Shown: positions 19,397 to 28,814, numbered from the stretch's first letter. The stretch: 64,000 nucleotides of DNA from Candidatus Bathyarchaeum sp. (GCA_026014495.1 JAOZIF010000131.1:206-64205), one strand, 5' to 3'. Notes: a model not told the origin generated them from the sequence alone. Program-made: numbers and translations.

Positions 19397-19650
19397 GAAA
19401 ACTCCACAGCTCCTAACAGCCGCAAGGCATCTAATAGCCCTTCACAGTAGGCGACGGAAGTGAGGCTTGTTTCCAGTTTTCCTTTCTGTTGATAATATTT
19501 TGCGTCTTCCAGATAACGTTTAGCCCAATCAAACACCGTTTCAGTCTCTTCATCTTTGAGGCTTACATCTTCTGGGATTTCTTTGATTTCTTTTATGACG
19601 CGGTCTGCACCTTTGATGTATTTTGTAATCAGTTCTTCAATTGTTGTCAT
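19390..19650 (-). CDS. Small helical protein, DUF357-like (commonly next to ribL)
   Basis: 86-aa ORF overlapping ribL start by 7 nt and dph5 stop by 4 nt; family call from memory of DUF357 context. Confidence 0.5.
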   Translation of the reverse strand: MTTIEELITKYIKGADRVIKEIKEIPEDVSLKDEETETVFDWAKRYLEDAKYYQQKGKLETSLTSVAYCEGLLDALRLLGAVEFSW

Positions 19651-20450
19651 TGTGCCATCTCCAACACTTCTTTGGGTGCATCCGCCAATGCTATGAGCGC
19701 TTCAGCTTCCATGAAGTGCAGTTTGCCCGGAAAGATAAGCGTGTGCGGAGGAGCACCAAAATCATAATTTATCGTATCTTGTATGTAACCTGCTTTCACG
19801 ATTGGCTGCGGTGAACCTGCTCTTGCAACGCCTACAACCAGATTTCTTGGTGCGGCAACCTGTTGTTTCTTTTGTTTCTCCAACTCTAGCAGCGTTTGTA
19901 ATGCCTCATTAACCGTCAAATATCTTTTCTCTACAGCTTTTATGTCCAGATAACACATCGTATGCAGTCCCATTTTCATGTTTTCCCTGATAACATTGTA
20001 TGGCGTTTCATAGACAACACCCTCCTCAGAAAATGGCACCGTAACCGCTTTTCCAAACTTGTAATTCTGCAAACCCGAAATCCCTCTAACAGCAGAAACC
20101 GCAGACGCCCCATGAACCACACGGGTTTTAATTCCCCTTTTCTTTGCACTAATCCGCAAATCCACATGAGTTGTGGCTATCATGGGGTCTCCTTGGACTA
20201 TGAACGCTGTCTTTCCTTTCTTAGCGGCTTCAAAGATTAGTTCTCCACCTTCTTCCTCTAAGACTCTTCGCGAAACAACATTAACCTGCTTTCTTATCAT
20301 CTCTTCCAGTTTCTTGATGGATAGTCCAGGCATCAAGCTGGTGTAAACTTCAGCAAAAACTGTGTCTGCACTTTTTAGTTCCTCAAATCCACGGAGTGAA
20401 ACGTCTTTTTCGTCGTACAATCCCATTCCGATGAAGACAAGTTCGTTCAA
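19647..20450 (-). CDS. dph5: Diphthine synthase
   Basis: FIGMGLYDEKD, VFAEVYTS, GDPMIATTH, PPHTLIFPGKLH; start moved to TTG 20450 (MNELVFIGMGL) because the longer ORF runs into the tRNA gene. Confidence 0.85.
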   Translation of the reverse strand: MNELVFIGMGLYDEKDVSLRGFEELKSADTVFAEVYTSLMPGLSIKKLEEMIRKQVNVVSRRVLEEEGGELIFEAAKKGKTAFIVQGDPMIATTHVDLRISAKKRGIKTRVVHGASAVSAVRGISGLQNYKFGKAVTVPFSEEGVVYETPYNVIRENMKMGLHTMCYLDIKAVEKRYLTVNEALQTLLELEKQKKQQVAAPRNLVVGVARAGSPQPIVKAGYIQDTINYDFGAPPHTLIFPGKLHFMEAEALIALADAPKEVLEMAQ

Positions 20451-20540
20451 AGCCTTGTAGCTCCCATTACATTTACCTTCTGTAATAACAAAAAATATAT
20501 GGGTACCTGTTTTCTCTGTAGTGAGTATGCCTTTATTTGT

Positions 20541-20643
20541 GGGCCCGTAGCTCAGCAAGGCAGAGCGGCGGACTGGTCCCTCTGGGACTAGGCTGAAACT
20601 CTTAATCCGTAGGTCAGGGGTTCAATTCCCCTCGGGCCCGCCA
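20541..20643 (+). tRNA. Intron-containing tRNA, probably tRNA-Lys(CUU); Thr(GGU)/Asn(GUU) not excluded; encoded CCA
   Basis: Acceptor GGGCCCG/CGGGCCC, D arm GCTC-AGCAAGGCA-GAGC, anticodon stem GCGGA/TCCGT enclosing 33 nt (7-nt loop + 26-nt insert), T arm AGGGG-TTCAATT-CCCCT, discriminator G, CCA. Confidence 0.8.
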
Positions 20644-20681
20644 CTTTCATTTTAGTGTATTTTTTGTTGTGCGTAGACCTG

Positions 20682-20936
20682 TTATACTATTTTCTTCTTT
20701 TTTGCCATAACATATGTAATTATGATCATGACAACAAGGATTGCAGTACTTATTGGGGTGAAAGAACAGCCAGCTTTGTATCCTAGCATGCATTCTTTGC
20801 TTACATACGGGAAGGGTATTATGGTCTTTATTGCACAAAGAACCAATGCAACAATTAAAATGTATACTTTAGTTTTGGTTGTAATTTGTGGCGGTTTGGG
20901 TCTGGCGGCTTTGTTTTCGGTTGACTTGTTTTCCAT
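20682..20936 (-). CDS. Small two-TM membrane protein, hypothetical
   Basis: 84-aa ORF with two hydrophobic segments and K-rich tail; weak support. Confidence 0.35.
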   Translation of the reverse strand: MENKSTENKAARPKPPQITTKTKVYILIVALVLCAIKTIIPFPYVSKECMLGYKAGCSFTPISTAILVVMIIITYVMAKKKKIV

Positions 20937-21078
20937 AACCCTTCATTCCTCAGAAGTAGGTTGTTAATTGAATCTTCTTTCTTTTCTTTTAAGTTTATTC
21001 TGTGTGGTCACAATATTCAAGTATCCAGTATGCCTACTTTTATTGGGGTTTGTTTTGGTTGTTTTCAAGTTGCCTAAA

Positions 21079-21531
21079 ATGACTAAACAGGAAATGTGGA
21101 AACTTATTCGCAGACAGCGGCTATGTCGTATTGCCTTCAAAGGAGTAGATTACCCATACATGGCGCCCTTCCAGTATGTAGTGTTGAATGATACCTTGTA
21201 TTTTCATTTTACTGATTACGGAACAAAAATGAAGTTAATCGAGAACGACAAACGTGTCGCTGTCGAAATCGAAGAATACCGAGAAGACCTAAGCGAATAC
21301 AGTTTCATCGTCCTGAGAGGAACCCTAAAAGTTGTGACAAATTCGCAGGAACGAGCAAAAGCGATACAGAATCTTGCGGAAGAGGGTGAACAGAAGCTTT
21401 CGCCAAACTTTCTTCCTGCGCATGGTTTCAAAAAAGAGGACAGTTGGCACTCGCTAACTCCAACAAACAAGTCATTAGTTGCCGTGAAACTAGAAAACAT
21501 AACACAAGAAATCGGGCTAAAGTCTCCATGA
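21079..21531 (+). CDS. Pyridoxamine-5'-phosphate-oxidase-like FMN-binding split-barrel protein
   Basis: MTKQEMWKLIRRQRLCRIAF...YMAPFQYV...LYFHF pattern typical of PNPOx/NimA-like family; ATG 21079 preferred over upstream TTG 20968. Confidence 0.7.
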   Translation: MTKQEMWKLIRRQRLCRIAFKGVDYPYMAPFQYVVLNDTLYFHFTDYGTKMKLIENDKRVAVEIEEYREDLSEYSFIVLRGTLKVVTNSQERAKAIQNLAEEGEQKLSPNFLPAHGFKKEDSWHSLTPTNKSLVAVKLENITQEIGLKSP

Positions 21532-21587
21532 TTTAAGTGCATAAAAAAGGTGAGGGTGCTTCAGTTTCCTGAAGCTTCTTGTTTTTG

Positions 21588-22412
21588 TTAGAATGGTGCG
21601 AATATTCCGACGAATACTAGCCATGATAGTATCGTTTTTGCTACGAAGCTGAGTATGATGTAGAATCTTTCTCCGTAAAGGTAGTCTTTCCAGCGTCCAA
21701 CGCCCTTGTATTGCAGTACCATGTTGATTGCGAAGATGTTAAAGAGGAAGAAGTAAATGAACAAAATCATGTAAACAAATGTTGGTACTTCTACACCAAC
21801 AGAGTTGACAGCGGCGATGAAGTATGCGTAGAGCACAACCCATGGTGTGAATCCAGAAATGCTTCCAAGAATGAATGCTGACCAGCTTGTTTTCTCTGTT
21901 TTCTGGTTAATTACTTCCATTATGTACCCAAACATTATCATCATTGCGTTGAGAACAAAAATCATCACCAGCGACCAAAAGTCCCAGACGCCTAAAAACA
22001 GTGCAATCAAGACAATCATTATCGAACTTGAGAATGCATATTCGTACCATCTGTATGGGTTCATGCCTTTTTTCAGGTTTTCATTGTAGCTATTGTTTTT
22101 TGGATACGCAATCATAAAATGTGCTATCGCAGAAATCAGAGGAAACGCAGCAAGAATTACTCCCAAATATCCAATAGTGAAGAAAACTTGAGCGTCTGGA
22201 ACTGCAGTAATCACTGTTGTGTCTGCGCTGACGATGTTCAATTTCATGTAAAATGTGTATATGTCTCTTGACCACTCAAGCTGAAGCCCCAAAACCAGCA
22301 TTATAGCCCCTTGTACTAGATGCAAAATTCCTGCAGCAATGTTGAATCGCTTCAAGTATTTGAAAGAAATAGGTGACTTTGCAATCAGTCTTTTTCTTTC
22401 TTCAGAATTCAT
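21588..22412 (-). CDS. Heliorhodopsin
   Basis: 274 aa, 7 TM; motifs align with heliorhodopsin 48C12 as recalled: GILHLVQ, AIAHFMI, NPYRWYEYAFSSSIMIVLIA (counterion Glu), QYKGVGRWKDYLYGERFYIILSFVAKTILSW (Schiff-base Lys). Confidence 0.85.
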   Translation of the reverse strand: MNSEERKRLIAKSPISFKYLKRFNIAAGILHLVQGAIMLVLGLQLEWSRDIYTFYMKLNIVSADTTVITAVPDAQVFFTIGYLGVILAAFPLISAIAHFMIAYPKNNSYNENLKKGMNPYRWYEYAFSSSIMIVLIALFLGVWDFWSLVMIFVLNAMMIMFGYIMEVINQKTEKTSWSAFILGSISGFTPWVVLYAYFIAAVNSVGVEVPTFVYMILFIYFFLFNIFAINMVLQYKGVGRWKDYLYGERFYIILSFVAKTILSWLVFVGIFAPF

Positions 22413-22589
22413 GATAACTACTCTACCTGCTAAAATTTAACTTTTACCTGTGCCCTTATAGCCGTCACGCGTTTACAGTTTGTACCCTTCGTGGTTACGC
22501 ACAAATCTGAATTGTAGATTAACAAAACATTACTTTTAGTAACGGCACACTCCACAGAGAGTTTACTTTATCAAACGGGTGTGTTGTTC

Positions 22590-23387
22590 ATGTCTTCGCC
22601 TTTGATTGAAGCATTTGAGCTTACAAAGCAGTTCGGCTCAGTTCAAGCCCTAACGGGACTGAACTTTAAGGTATTTCCCGGAGAAATCTATGGTCTGCTG
22701 GGTCCAAACGGTGCAGGCAAAACCACAACCATCAAAGCTATCATCGGCTTGGTGGATCCAACTTCAGGATGGGTTAAAGTTCAGGGCTGTGACCCAACAA
22801 AGAACTCCGTCAAAGTTAAATCAAAAATAGGGTACGTAGCCGAAAAACCGATACTATATGAATCTCTTTCTGCCCGTGACTTTTTGGAGTTCGTTGCGTC
22901 TATACGAAAAATCGATCAAGCTTCAGTCAACCGTGTAGTAACCCAGTTAGGGGACGCTTTCGACATGGCAGAATATTTTGACGCCCCCATAGCTACATTG
23001 TCGACTGGAATGAAACAAAAAGTTGCACTAATTTCCTCTTTTGTTCATCAGCCTCCAGTTCTTCTTTTGGATGAGCCCCTGAGTGGTCTTGATGCCAAAA
23101 CTAGTCGCATAGTCAAAGACCTGCTTTTGTTGCATACACAAAAAGGTGGAGCAGTCTTGTTTTCTACACACATAATGGAAGTGGCTGAAAGCATCTGCAC
23201 AAGAATTGGAATCATCTATGAAGGCAAAATAGTTGCTGAGGGAACGCTTGACCAGCTGAAAACTAAAACTGGAAATAAAAGCGAAACATTGGAAGAAGTC
23301 TTCTTGAAGTTGACAAACGAAGAACACGAGGTTGCCGACAAGACCCGACTCTTGGGGGAGGCATTCTTCAAGGATGAAGTTGCTTGA
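22590..23387 (+). CDS. ABC transporter ATP-binding protein (ABC-2/exporter-like)
   Basis: Walker A GPNGAGKTT, signature LSTGMKQKV, Walker B LLLDEP. Confidence 0.9.
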   Translation: MSSPLIEAFELTKQFGSVQALTGLNFKVFPGEIYGLLGPNGAGKTTTIKAIIGLVDPTSGWVKVQGCDPTKNSVKVKSKIGYVAEKPILYESLSARDFLEFVASIRKIDQASVNRVVTQLGDAFDMAEYFDAPIATLSTGMKQKVALISSFVHQPPVLLLDEPLSGLDAKTSRIVKDLLLLHTQKGGAVLFSTHIMEVAESICTRIGIIYEGKIVAEGTLDQLKTKTGNKSETLEEVFLKLTNEEHEVADKTRLLGEAFFKDEVA

Positions 23388-25008
23388 GGCATGGCGGTAC
23401 AGTCGTCTGCCCTACAAGGAGGTCGTGTACAAGTCAATAGCCGAGGAAAAAGGTCGTATGTGGTGGGGCGGCTTTGGTAGAGGACAACTTGGAGCAGACG
23501 CACAAAACGATTATGAACTTACCAAGAAAGCATTAAGAATAGCAAAATGGGACAAATCGCTGGTAGCAATATTTAATGTTCTAGCTGCAATTATCCCCTT
23601 TACGGCACAGTTTTTTGGGTCTCCAATCCTTGGATTAACAAGCGCCATCTCATTGAGTTTGGCTGTCACCTTTGGTTTCATGGCGTTGTATGCAATTCAG
23701 ACGCTTTCATCGTTTGTCAGCGCCGAATCCTCATCTCTTCTATCTACTTTGCCCCTTGAACAACGTGACTTCTCACTGATTACCCTGTTCTCTTTTATCC
23801 GATCTGTGGATTACATTGTTGTGGGAGCGATACTAACTCAAGTAGCTTTGGTGGCTTACATTACTGCTTCTCCCTTGGTTGTTCTGGTTATGCTTGTGGC
23901 TTCTGTGATGAATGCGGTGCTTGCTGTAGCGGTTGCTCTTTGGTTCTCAAGGTTATTCACTAAAAACCTGTCTCGTGGAGGACGCTCTAAAGGAACCACT
24001 GTTTTGCGTTTGGTTTTCATTTTAATGTGGGGTTCACTGCTAATGGGTGTGAGCCTTCTGATTAGTTTGCCTTGGTACATCGTGTCCTCTTTAGAAACTA
24101 CGCTTCTTAGCCCAAACCAGTTCTCTAACATACTTTTTTGTTTGTTGCATCCGTTCTCTGCTGGATTAACAATCGCTAACTTGAGCAGTTTTGTTACTGC
24201 TGGTTCTACAGCATTAATTGCGGCTGTGTCTATGGTTGGCTACGTCATTGTTACTTTGTTCGCAGTAAAGTGGACCCTGAAGACAGTTAAGCGCATATCC
24301 ACTGGAGGTGACGTTAAGTTGTCGAGAGTAACAGCAAAAGATTTCTCGATAAAGACGCGTAGTCCTTTGTTTGGGTTTGTTCTAAAAGACCTAAAGATTG
24401 CGTCTAGGAATCCTGCAACTGCTTTCTTTTTTGCTCTTCCTGTTTTAGAGACTGTTATTGTATCGTTTACGATTGCAAACTTTGAGGTTTTGCGGGCTTC
24501 TACTGTGCTTGTTTCAACGTTTATGGGTGCAATCTTTGTTTTGCTTATGCCTCTCGCCTTGCTTGGTGCAGAGGGAACTGGGCTTGAGTACACCAAAACT
24601 TTGCCCTTAGACATTAACCGAATAATAACTTCCAAGACGCTGATATCAACGCTAACTTATCTTCCAGTGCCAATAGTTTTGCTTGTCATGGCATTACTAA
24701 AGCCATTGTCCTCGCCCCTGCTCGTTCTTATTCCATTTTTTGTTATGCTCGCGATAGCCTCAGCAAGCATCTTTGAGATTCAACTTTTCTTAAGTTCTGT
24801 AACCAAAGGAAAAATTTCGGCACTAATTCATGATTTAAAAAAGCTGGTCATTGGAGTAACAACACTACTTATTCCATTGGTTGGCTATTCTACAGTTTAC
24901 CTCGCTTCTTTCAGTCACTTTTTTGCAGTTTTGAGTATGGCTTGGGTGTCAGTTTTAGAGTTGGTTTTGGCGTTTTATTTGCTTAGGCGCAACAAGAAAA
25001 TTGTCTAG
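23374..25008 (+). CDS. Large polytopic ABC-associated permease, hypothetical
   Basis: About 545 aa with >=10 hydrophobic segments; ATG 23374 overlaps ATPase stop by 14 nt. Confidence 0.65.
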   Translation: MKLLEAWRYSRLPYKEVVYKSIAEEKGRMWWGGFGRGQLGADAQNDYELTKKALRIAKWDKSLVAIFNVLAAIIPFTAQFFGSPILGLTSAISLSLAVTFGFMALYAIQTLSSFVSAESSSLLSTLPLEQRDFSLITLFSFIRSVDYIVVGAILTQVALVAYITASPLVVLVMLVASVMNAVLAVAVALWFSRLFTKNLSRGGRSKGTTVLRLVFILMWGSLLMGVSLLISLPWYIVSSLETTLLSPNQFSNILFCLLHPFSAGLTIANLSSFVTAGSTALIAAVSMVGYVIVTLFAVKWTLKTVKRISTGGDVKLSRVTAKDFSIKTRSPLFGFVLKDLKIASRNPATAFFFALPVLETVIVSFTIANFEVLRASTVLVSTFMGAIFVLLMPLALLGAEGTGLEYTKTLPLDINRIITSKTLISTLTYLPVPIVLLVMALLKPLSSPLLVLIPFFVMLAIASASIFEIQLFLSSVTKGKISALIHDLKKLVIGVTTLLIPLVGYSTVYLASFSHFFAVLSMAWVSVLELVLAFYLLRRNKKIV

Positions 25009-25059
25009 TTGTTACTCTATGAATTTAAATGGCTTCTATCTATTCTTTTATGATTAGCC

Positions 25060-26127
25060 GTGCCAGAAGCAGTGTGCCTGAAGGTTCCCAAAAAGCTGGG
25101 TGAACTAGCAATTCGTCTAGTTGCCGAGCTTGACCTGTTTAATCGTAACCTGCAGATTCATCAAACAGAAGGCTCGCTTTACATACCATTAACCGTTGAC
25201 CTTTCTTATGATGCTTTTAGTGTATTTGAGAAGAGTTTGTCCAAATACGAATTGTCTGTTCATAACTTTGTTGAGCGGGAGAAACGTCATTTAGTTCCAG
25301 CTGATTTTTTGGCAGACACCTTGCCCCCTGACCTTTTAGTTCTGATTCCAAGAGCCATCGATTTTGTGGGTGACATTGCCATAGTCGAGATTCCCGCAGA
25401 GCTTATAGACTATAAAAATGCTATTGGCGAGGCCATACTAAAGGCACACAAACATGTATCCACTGTTCTAGCCAAGTCTGGTGCCGTTGAGGGCATCTAC
25501 CGCATAAGAGACTTTGAAGTCATAGCTGGAGACAACAAAACCGCTACTTTATACCGAGAGTATGGTTGCACCTACTATGTTGATGTTGCCAAAGCCTATT
25601 TTTCTCCAAGACTTTCTACTGAACACAACAGAGTTGCCTTAGCGGTTAAAGCTGGCGAAACTGTGGTTGACCTGTTCGCTGGTGTCGGTCCCTTTGTTGT
25701 TCCAATAGCAAAAAAGCACCCAAATGTGAAGATTTATGCTGTAGACGTTAACCCCGATGCTGTAGCGTTTCTGAAAAGAAATGTTGCATTGAACCGTGCT
25801 GAAAAACAGGTTGTGCCTATCGTCGGTGATGCTAGGCAAATTGTCCAAGAGCAACTGTTGGGTAAGGCTGACCGTGTAATCATGAATCTGCCTGAAACGT
25901 CGTTAGAGTTCGTGGATGTTGCCTGCAAAGCCCTCAAGCCGGAGGGTGGAATTATTCATTATTACTGTTTCGTGAATGATTCTGGTCCACTAAAAACAGC
26001 GAAAACTCAGTTAACACAAGCTGTAACCCAAAATAAGCGGCAAGTCAAAGAGTTTTTGTTGGCAAAATCGGTGCGAGAGGTTGCACCTTACACTTGGCAG
26101 GTGGTTTTGGACGCCAAAATTCAGTAA
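25060..26127 (+). CDS. trm5: tRNA (guanine37-N1)-methyltransferase, Trm5/Taw22 (Met-10+) family
   Basis: Class I SAM fold VVDLFAGVGPF, DVNP, VIMNLPETS; length and N-terminal D1/D2 region fit archaeal Trm5. Confidence 0.8.
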   Translation: MPEAVCLKVPKKLGELAIRLVAELDLFNRNLQIHQTEGSLYIPLTVDLSYDAFSVFEKSLSKYELSVHNFVEREKRHLVPADFLADTLPPDLLVLIPRAIDFVGDIAIVEIPAELIDYKNAIGEAILKAHKHVSTVLAKSGAVEGIYRIRDFEVIAGDNKTATLYREYGCTYYVDVAKAYFSPRLSTEHNRVALAVKAGETVVDLFAGVGPFVVPIAKKHPNVKIYAVDVNPDAVAFLKRNVALNRAEKQVVPIVGDARQIVQEQLLGKADRVIMNLPETSLEFVDVACKALKPEGGIIHYYCFVNDSGPLKTAKTQLTQAVTQNKRQVKEFLLAKSVREVAPYTWQVVLDAKIQ

Positions 26128-26552
26128 TGTTCAACTGTCAACGTGATTTTTGCTGTTTGGTTTGGGTCTGTTAGTTTTTCTACGAGCTTTCTTGAAAAGT
26201 CAACCGCTGCCTTGTCTGCCCTAATCGCCAAAGTTCTTTCACATGTATAATCGCTTTTTCGTACCACCAAATCTGTGGGGTGAGTAAACTGCAACTTCGG
26301 GTTTCCCTTTGCTTTAACTGTCTCTTTTAGTTCGTCAACCTCAATTGTTATCGTTATTTGTGCATCATCTTTTTTGGCAGCTTTCTTAAATTCAACTGGC
26401 AAATCAATTGCAGTTTTTGTTGATTTTACTGCTAGTATGCAGTCGCCCTGCTTTGAGAGTGTTTCCTCTTTTGTAACTTCAAATGTTGTTTTATGGGTTG
26501 CAAGTACGTTTTTGTGTCCATGTGCAAAAAAGACAACAGTTATCGTGTTCAT
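26121..26552 (-). CDS. DUF371-like small protein
   Basis: HGHKNVLATHKTTFEVTKEE..GDCILAV resembles archaeal DUF371; start ATG 26552 preferred (ORF opens 26600). Confidence 0.55.
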   Translation of the reverse strand: MNTITVVFFAHGHKNVLATHKTTFEVTKEETLSKQGDCILAVKSTKTAIDLPVEFKKAAKKDDAQITITIEVDELKETVKAKGNPKLQFTHPTDLVVRKSDYTCERTLAIRADKAAVDFSRKLVEKLTDPNQTAKITLTVEHY

Positions 26553-26621
26553 GTTACACAAAATACCGTGAGCCTTCAGATATTCCTTTGGCATAATCAT
26601 TTCGTGATTGGTGCAATTAGG

Positions 26622-27581
26622 TTATTCAAGGACTTCTGTGGAGTCAACCTTTCCGTCGCCGTCAAGGTCAAATCCCTGAATTATAACCGCAAATTTTTTT
26701 CCATTAAACTTCTTTAATGTCTTATCCCCGAATTTTGTGAGCGCAAGAACACATGCCTTTGTTCCTACCGCCTTGTTGCCAGCAAGAACAATTACTGTCT
26801 TTTCTTTGTTCCATGGGTTAGATATTTGTGCTATTACTCCCATGCTGTCGGCAGTGTAAACTTTTTTGGTCTTTTCTGAGACCAGTCCTCCTAAAAGAAA
26901 ACCATGTTCAGAGGGTATCATGTTAAAACGTATAGGCAAAAACTCGTTAACTTCCTGCGTAATGAGGTTGGTTCCGGGTCCACCCATCAAAATTAGATTG
27001 TTGCTTTCCTCTTTTTCTGCTTTCACGTCAACATCCAATTTTATGGCAAAATCTTCGGGCAACTTCACGAATTGCCCCAAAAAGAATGTTAAATACGCCG
27101 CATAATGACCATCTCTGGCTTTTGCCTTGAATGGCCCATGAGGGTCAGGGCTTCCCACAACAATTTTTCCATCAAAATTTCCATCTTTAATAAAAGGACC
27201 TGTAAACTGCTGCATTTTCTCGTCTATGTTGCCCTCTGGAAACCTGCTCATTTTGTGATAACCAAAAGGCAGTTCCACGCCCATGGCTGGAAATGTTGCT
27301 TTGTAGTATTTTGCAATTGCGCCCTTCTTTTCCTCTTCTCTGACAACCTTAATTGCGCCAGCTTTGGTCAACTTTCTAATGTGATAATACACTTTTTGTT
27401 CATGCACTTCTAGTTTCCTTGCAACTTGCAGAGGATACATCTCTTTTTCGCTAAGGAGTTGAAGAATCTTCCAGCTGAGTTTGTTCAAGACTGACTTGAG
27501 TTTCTGTGGGTCTTCAAAAACTGCGATATCTTTAGCCATTAATTGTCTGCTTGTGTCGCTGAGCAACAGCTTTTTTTTCAT
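26622..27581 (-). CDS. ArsR-like wHTH protein with large C-terminal domain of unknown function
   Basis: N-terminal WKILQLLSEKEMYPLQVARKLEVHEQKVYYHIRKLTKAGAI; 220-aa C-terminal domain ending DLDGDGKVD (Ca-binding-like). Confidence 0.65.
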   Translation of the reverse strand: MKKKLLLSDTSRQLMAKDIAVFEDPQKLKSVLNKLSWKILQLLSEKEMYPLQVARKLEVHEQKVYYHIRKLTKAGAIKVVREEEKKGAIAKYYKATFPAMGVELPFGYHKMSRFPEGNIDEKMQQFTGPFIKDGNFDGKIVVGSPDPHGPFKAKARDGHYAAYLTFFLGQFVKLPEDFAIKLDVDVKAEKEESNNLILMGGPGTNLITQEVNEFLPIRFNMIPSEHGFLLGGLVSEKTKKVYTADSMGVIAQISNPWNKEKTVIVLAGNKAVGTKACVLALTKFGDKTLKKFNGKKFAVIIQGFDLDGDGKVDSTEVLE

Positions 27582-27923
27582 GCTTGAAATTATGACTAAC
27601 TATATTATAAATATTTTTTTAATGGTTGATGGCTGTAATGAATGCAAATGAGACTTGCTCCTTGATGGGCTGCAGATTTGACGCTGCTGAACACGCATGC
27701 CTTTGCTGTTGACTTTTATTTTATAGTTAATTGTGCAACAAGTTTCTGCGGAATGTGTTTCTTTCTTTTGAATATTATACGTTAAACGTGTTCAATTTTT
27801 TGTTTTCATCTATGCATTAATAAGAAATAATATATGCTTCAGATTATATGAATGTCGCCTGAAATTTTACCCGATTCACTTAATGGTTAATTTTATTAAC
27901 TGCGCGAGTGTAGAAAAAATACG

Positions 27924-28244
27924 ATGCTAAACCTCACACTTGGCGAGTCGCTTGTTCCTGTCCTTTTCCAGATTGCAATAGGTGTAATCGGCGGATTTTT
28001 AGTAGGTTACACCATGAGAAAAGTACTCAAAGTTGCACTTATTATTTTGGCAATAATCTTTTCTCTGATATTTTTGGCATACCTGAATGTGATTGGCATA
28101 GATTACAGTGGGCTATCCGAGTTGGCATCAAACTTTGTTAACACTATTGATCCCGCGTTGAGCCTGTTCACTCCTCTGTTTGAGCACATTCCTTTCATAG
28201 TGAGCTTCGTGATTGGTTTGGTTCTTGGCTTTAGAAGAGCCTAA
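27924..28244 (+). CDS. Small membrane protein (FUN14-like?)
   Basis: 106 aa, 3 TM segments, GGFLVGYTMRK; family call tentative. Confidence 0.45.
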   Translation: MLNLTLGESLVPVLFQIAIGVIGGFLVGYTMRKVLKVALIILAIIFSLIFLAYLNVIGIDYSGLSELASNFVNTIDPALSLFTPLFEHIPFIVSFVIGLVLGFRRA

Positions 28245-28289
28245 TTTCTATATTCGCTGCTTTATGTGTTTTATGTGATTGAGCCCTGT

Positions 28290-28628
28290 TTAGCAAGCTG
28301 GAGGGTCTTTTCTGATGTATTTTTGCATTTCTTTCCAGATTGCTTTGATGTCTGGTACTTTTCCTACGATTGGCTCCATTTTTTTGCTGTATGTTTCGAT
28401 GCACAAAATACCCTTCTTTCGTAGTATCCCCATTTCACCGTATTTCATTGTGCTGATGTTTTCGATTCTTTCTGATATTACTCTGTCTTTTTTGAACAAG
28501 ACTCCGCGTCGTCTGTAAAGCAGTATTCGCTGGTCAGTGATGAAAAAGAAGAAACTGTCGTTGAGACTTTCGATCTTCCTGCTCTGGAATATGATTGTTT
28601 CTCCAGGATAAAGGAAGTCTGTAAGCAC
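28290..28628 (-). CDS. Small cytoplasmic protein, bacterial-PH-domain-like
   Basis: 112 aa; pattern GETIIF...FFFITDQRILLY resembles bPH/YokE-like domains; tentative. Confidence 0.45.
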   Translation of the reverse strand: MLTDFLYPGETIIFQSRKIESLNDSFFFFITDQRILLYRRRGVLFKKDRVISERIENISTMKYGEMGILRKKGILCIETYSKKMEPIVGKVPDIKAIWKEMQKYIRKDPPAC

Positions 28629-28814
28629 TACTACTCTCTCCTTGTTTTTGTTGAGTTTTTTGATTCATATTTCTTGTGGTAAACGTGTCGGAAGCATGAA
28701 GTCTTGTGAAATAACTTCGGCTTTATGACAAAATTTATAACGCTATGTAGACGGTATTTATACTGTACTCTAAAACCATTACAATTTCCATTATAGTTCT
28801 AAAACAAGATTCCT

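Noticed and set aside
20451-20558. N-terminal 36-codon extension of the dph5 ORF (ORF track start 20558)
   Set aside because: The extension overlaps the tRNA gene at 20541 and adds non-homologous sequence. TTG 20450 gives the canonical MNELVFIGMGL diphthine synthase N-terminus.
20644-25008. tRNA-adjacent genomic island (small membrane protein, PNPOx-like, heliorhodopsin, ABC pair)
   Set aside because: No integrase is present, I could not spot a direct repeat of the tRNA 3' end downstream, and no obvious compositional break is visible by eye.
27640-27720. C/D-box-like sRNA candidate (TGATGG ... CTGA) in the 340-nt AT-rich spacer
   Set aside because: The C box is imperfect (not RUGAUGA), there is no C'/D' pair and no terminal stem, so I cannot support the call.
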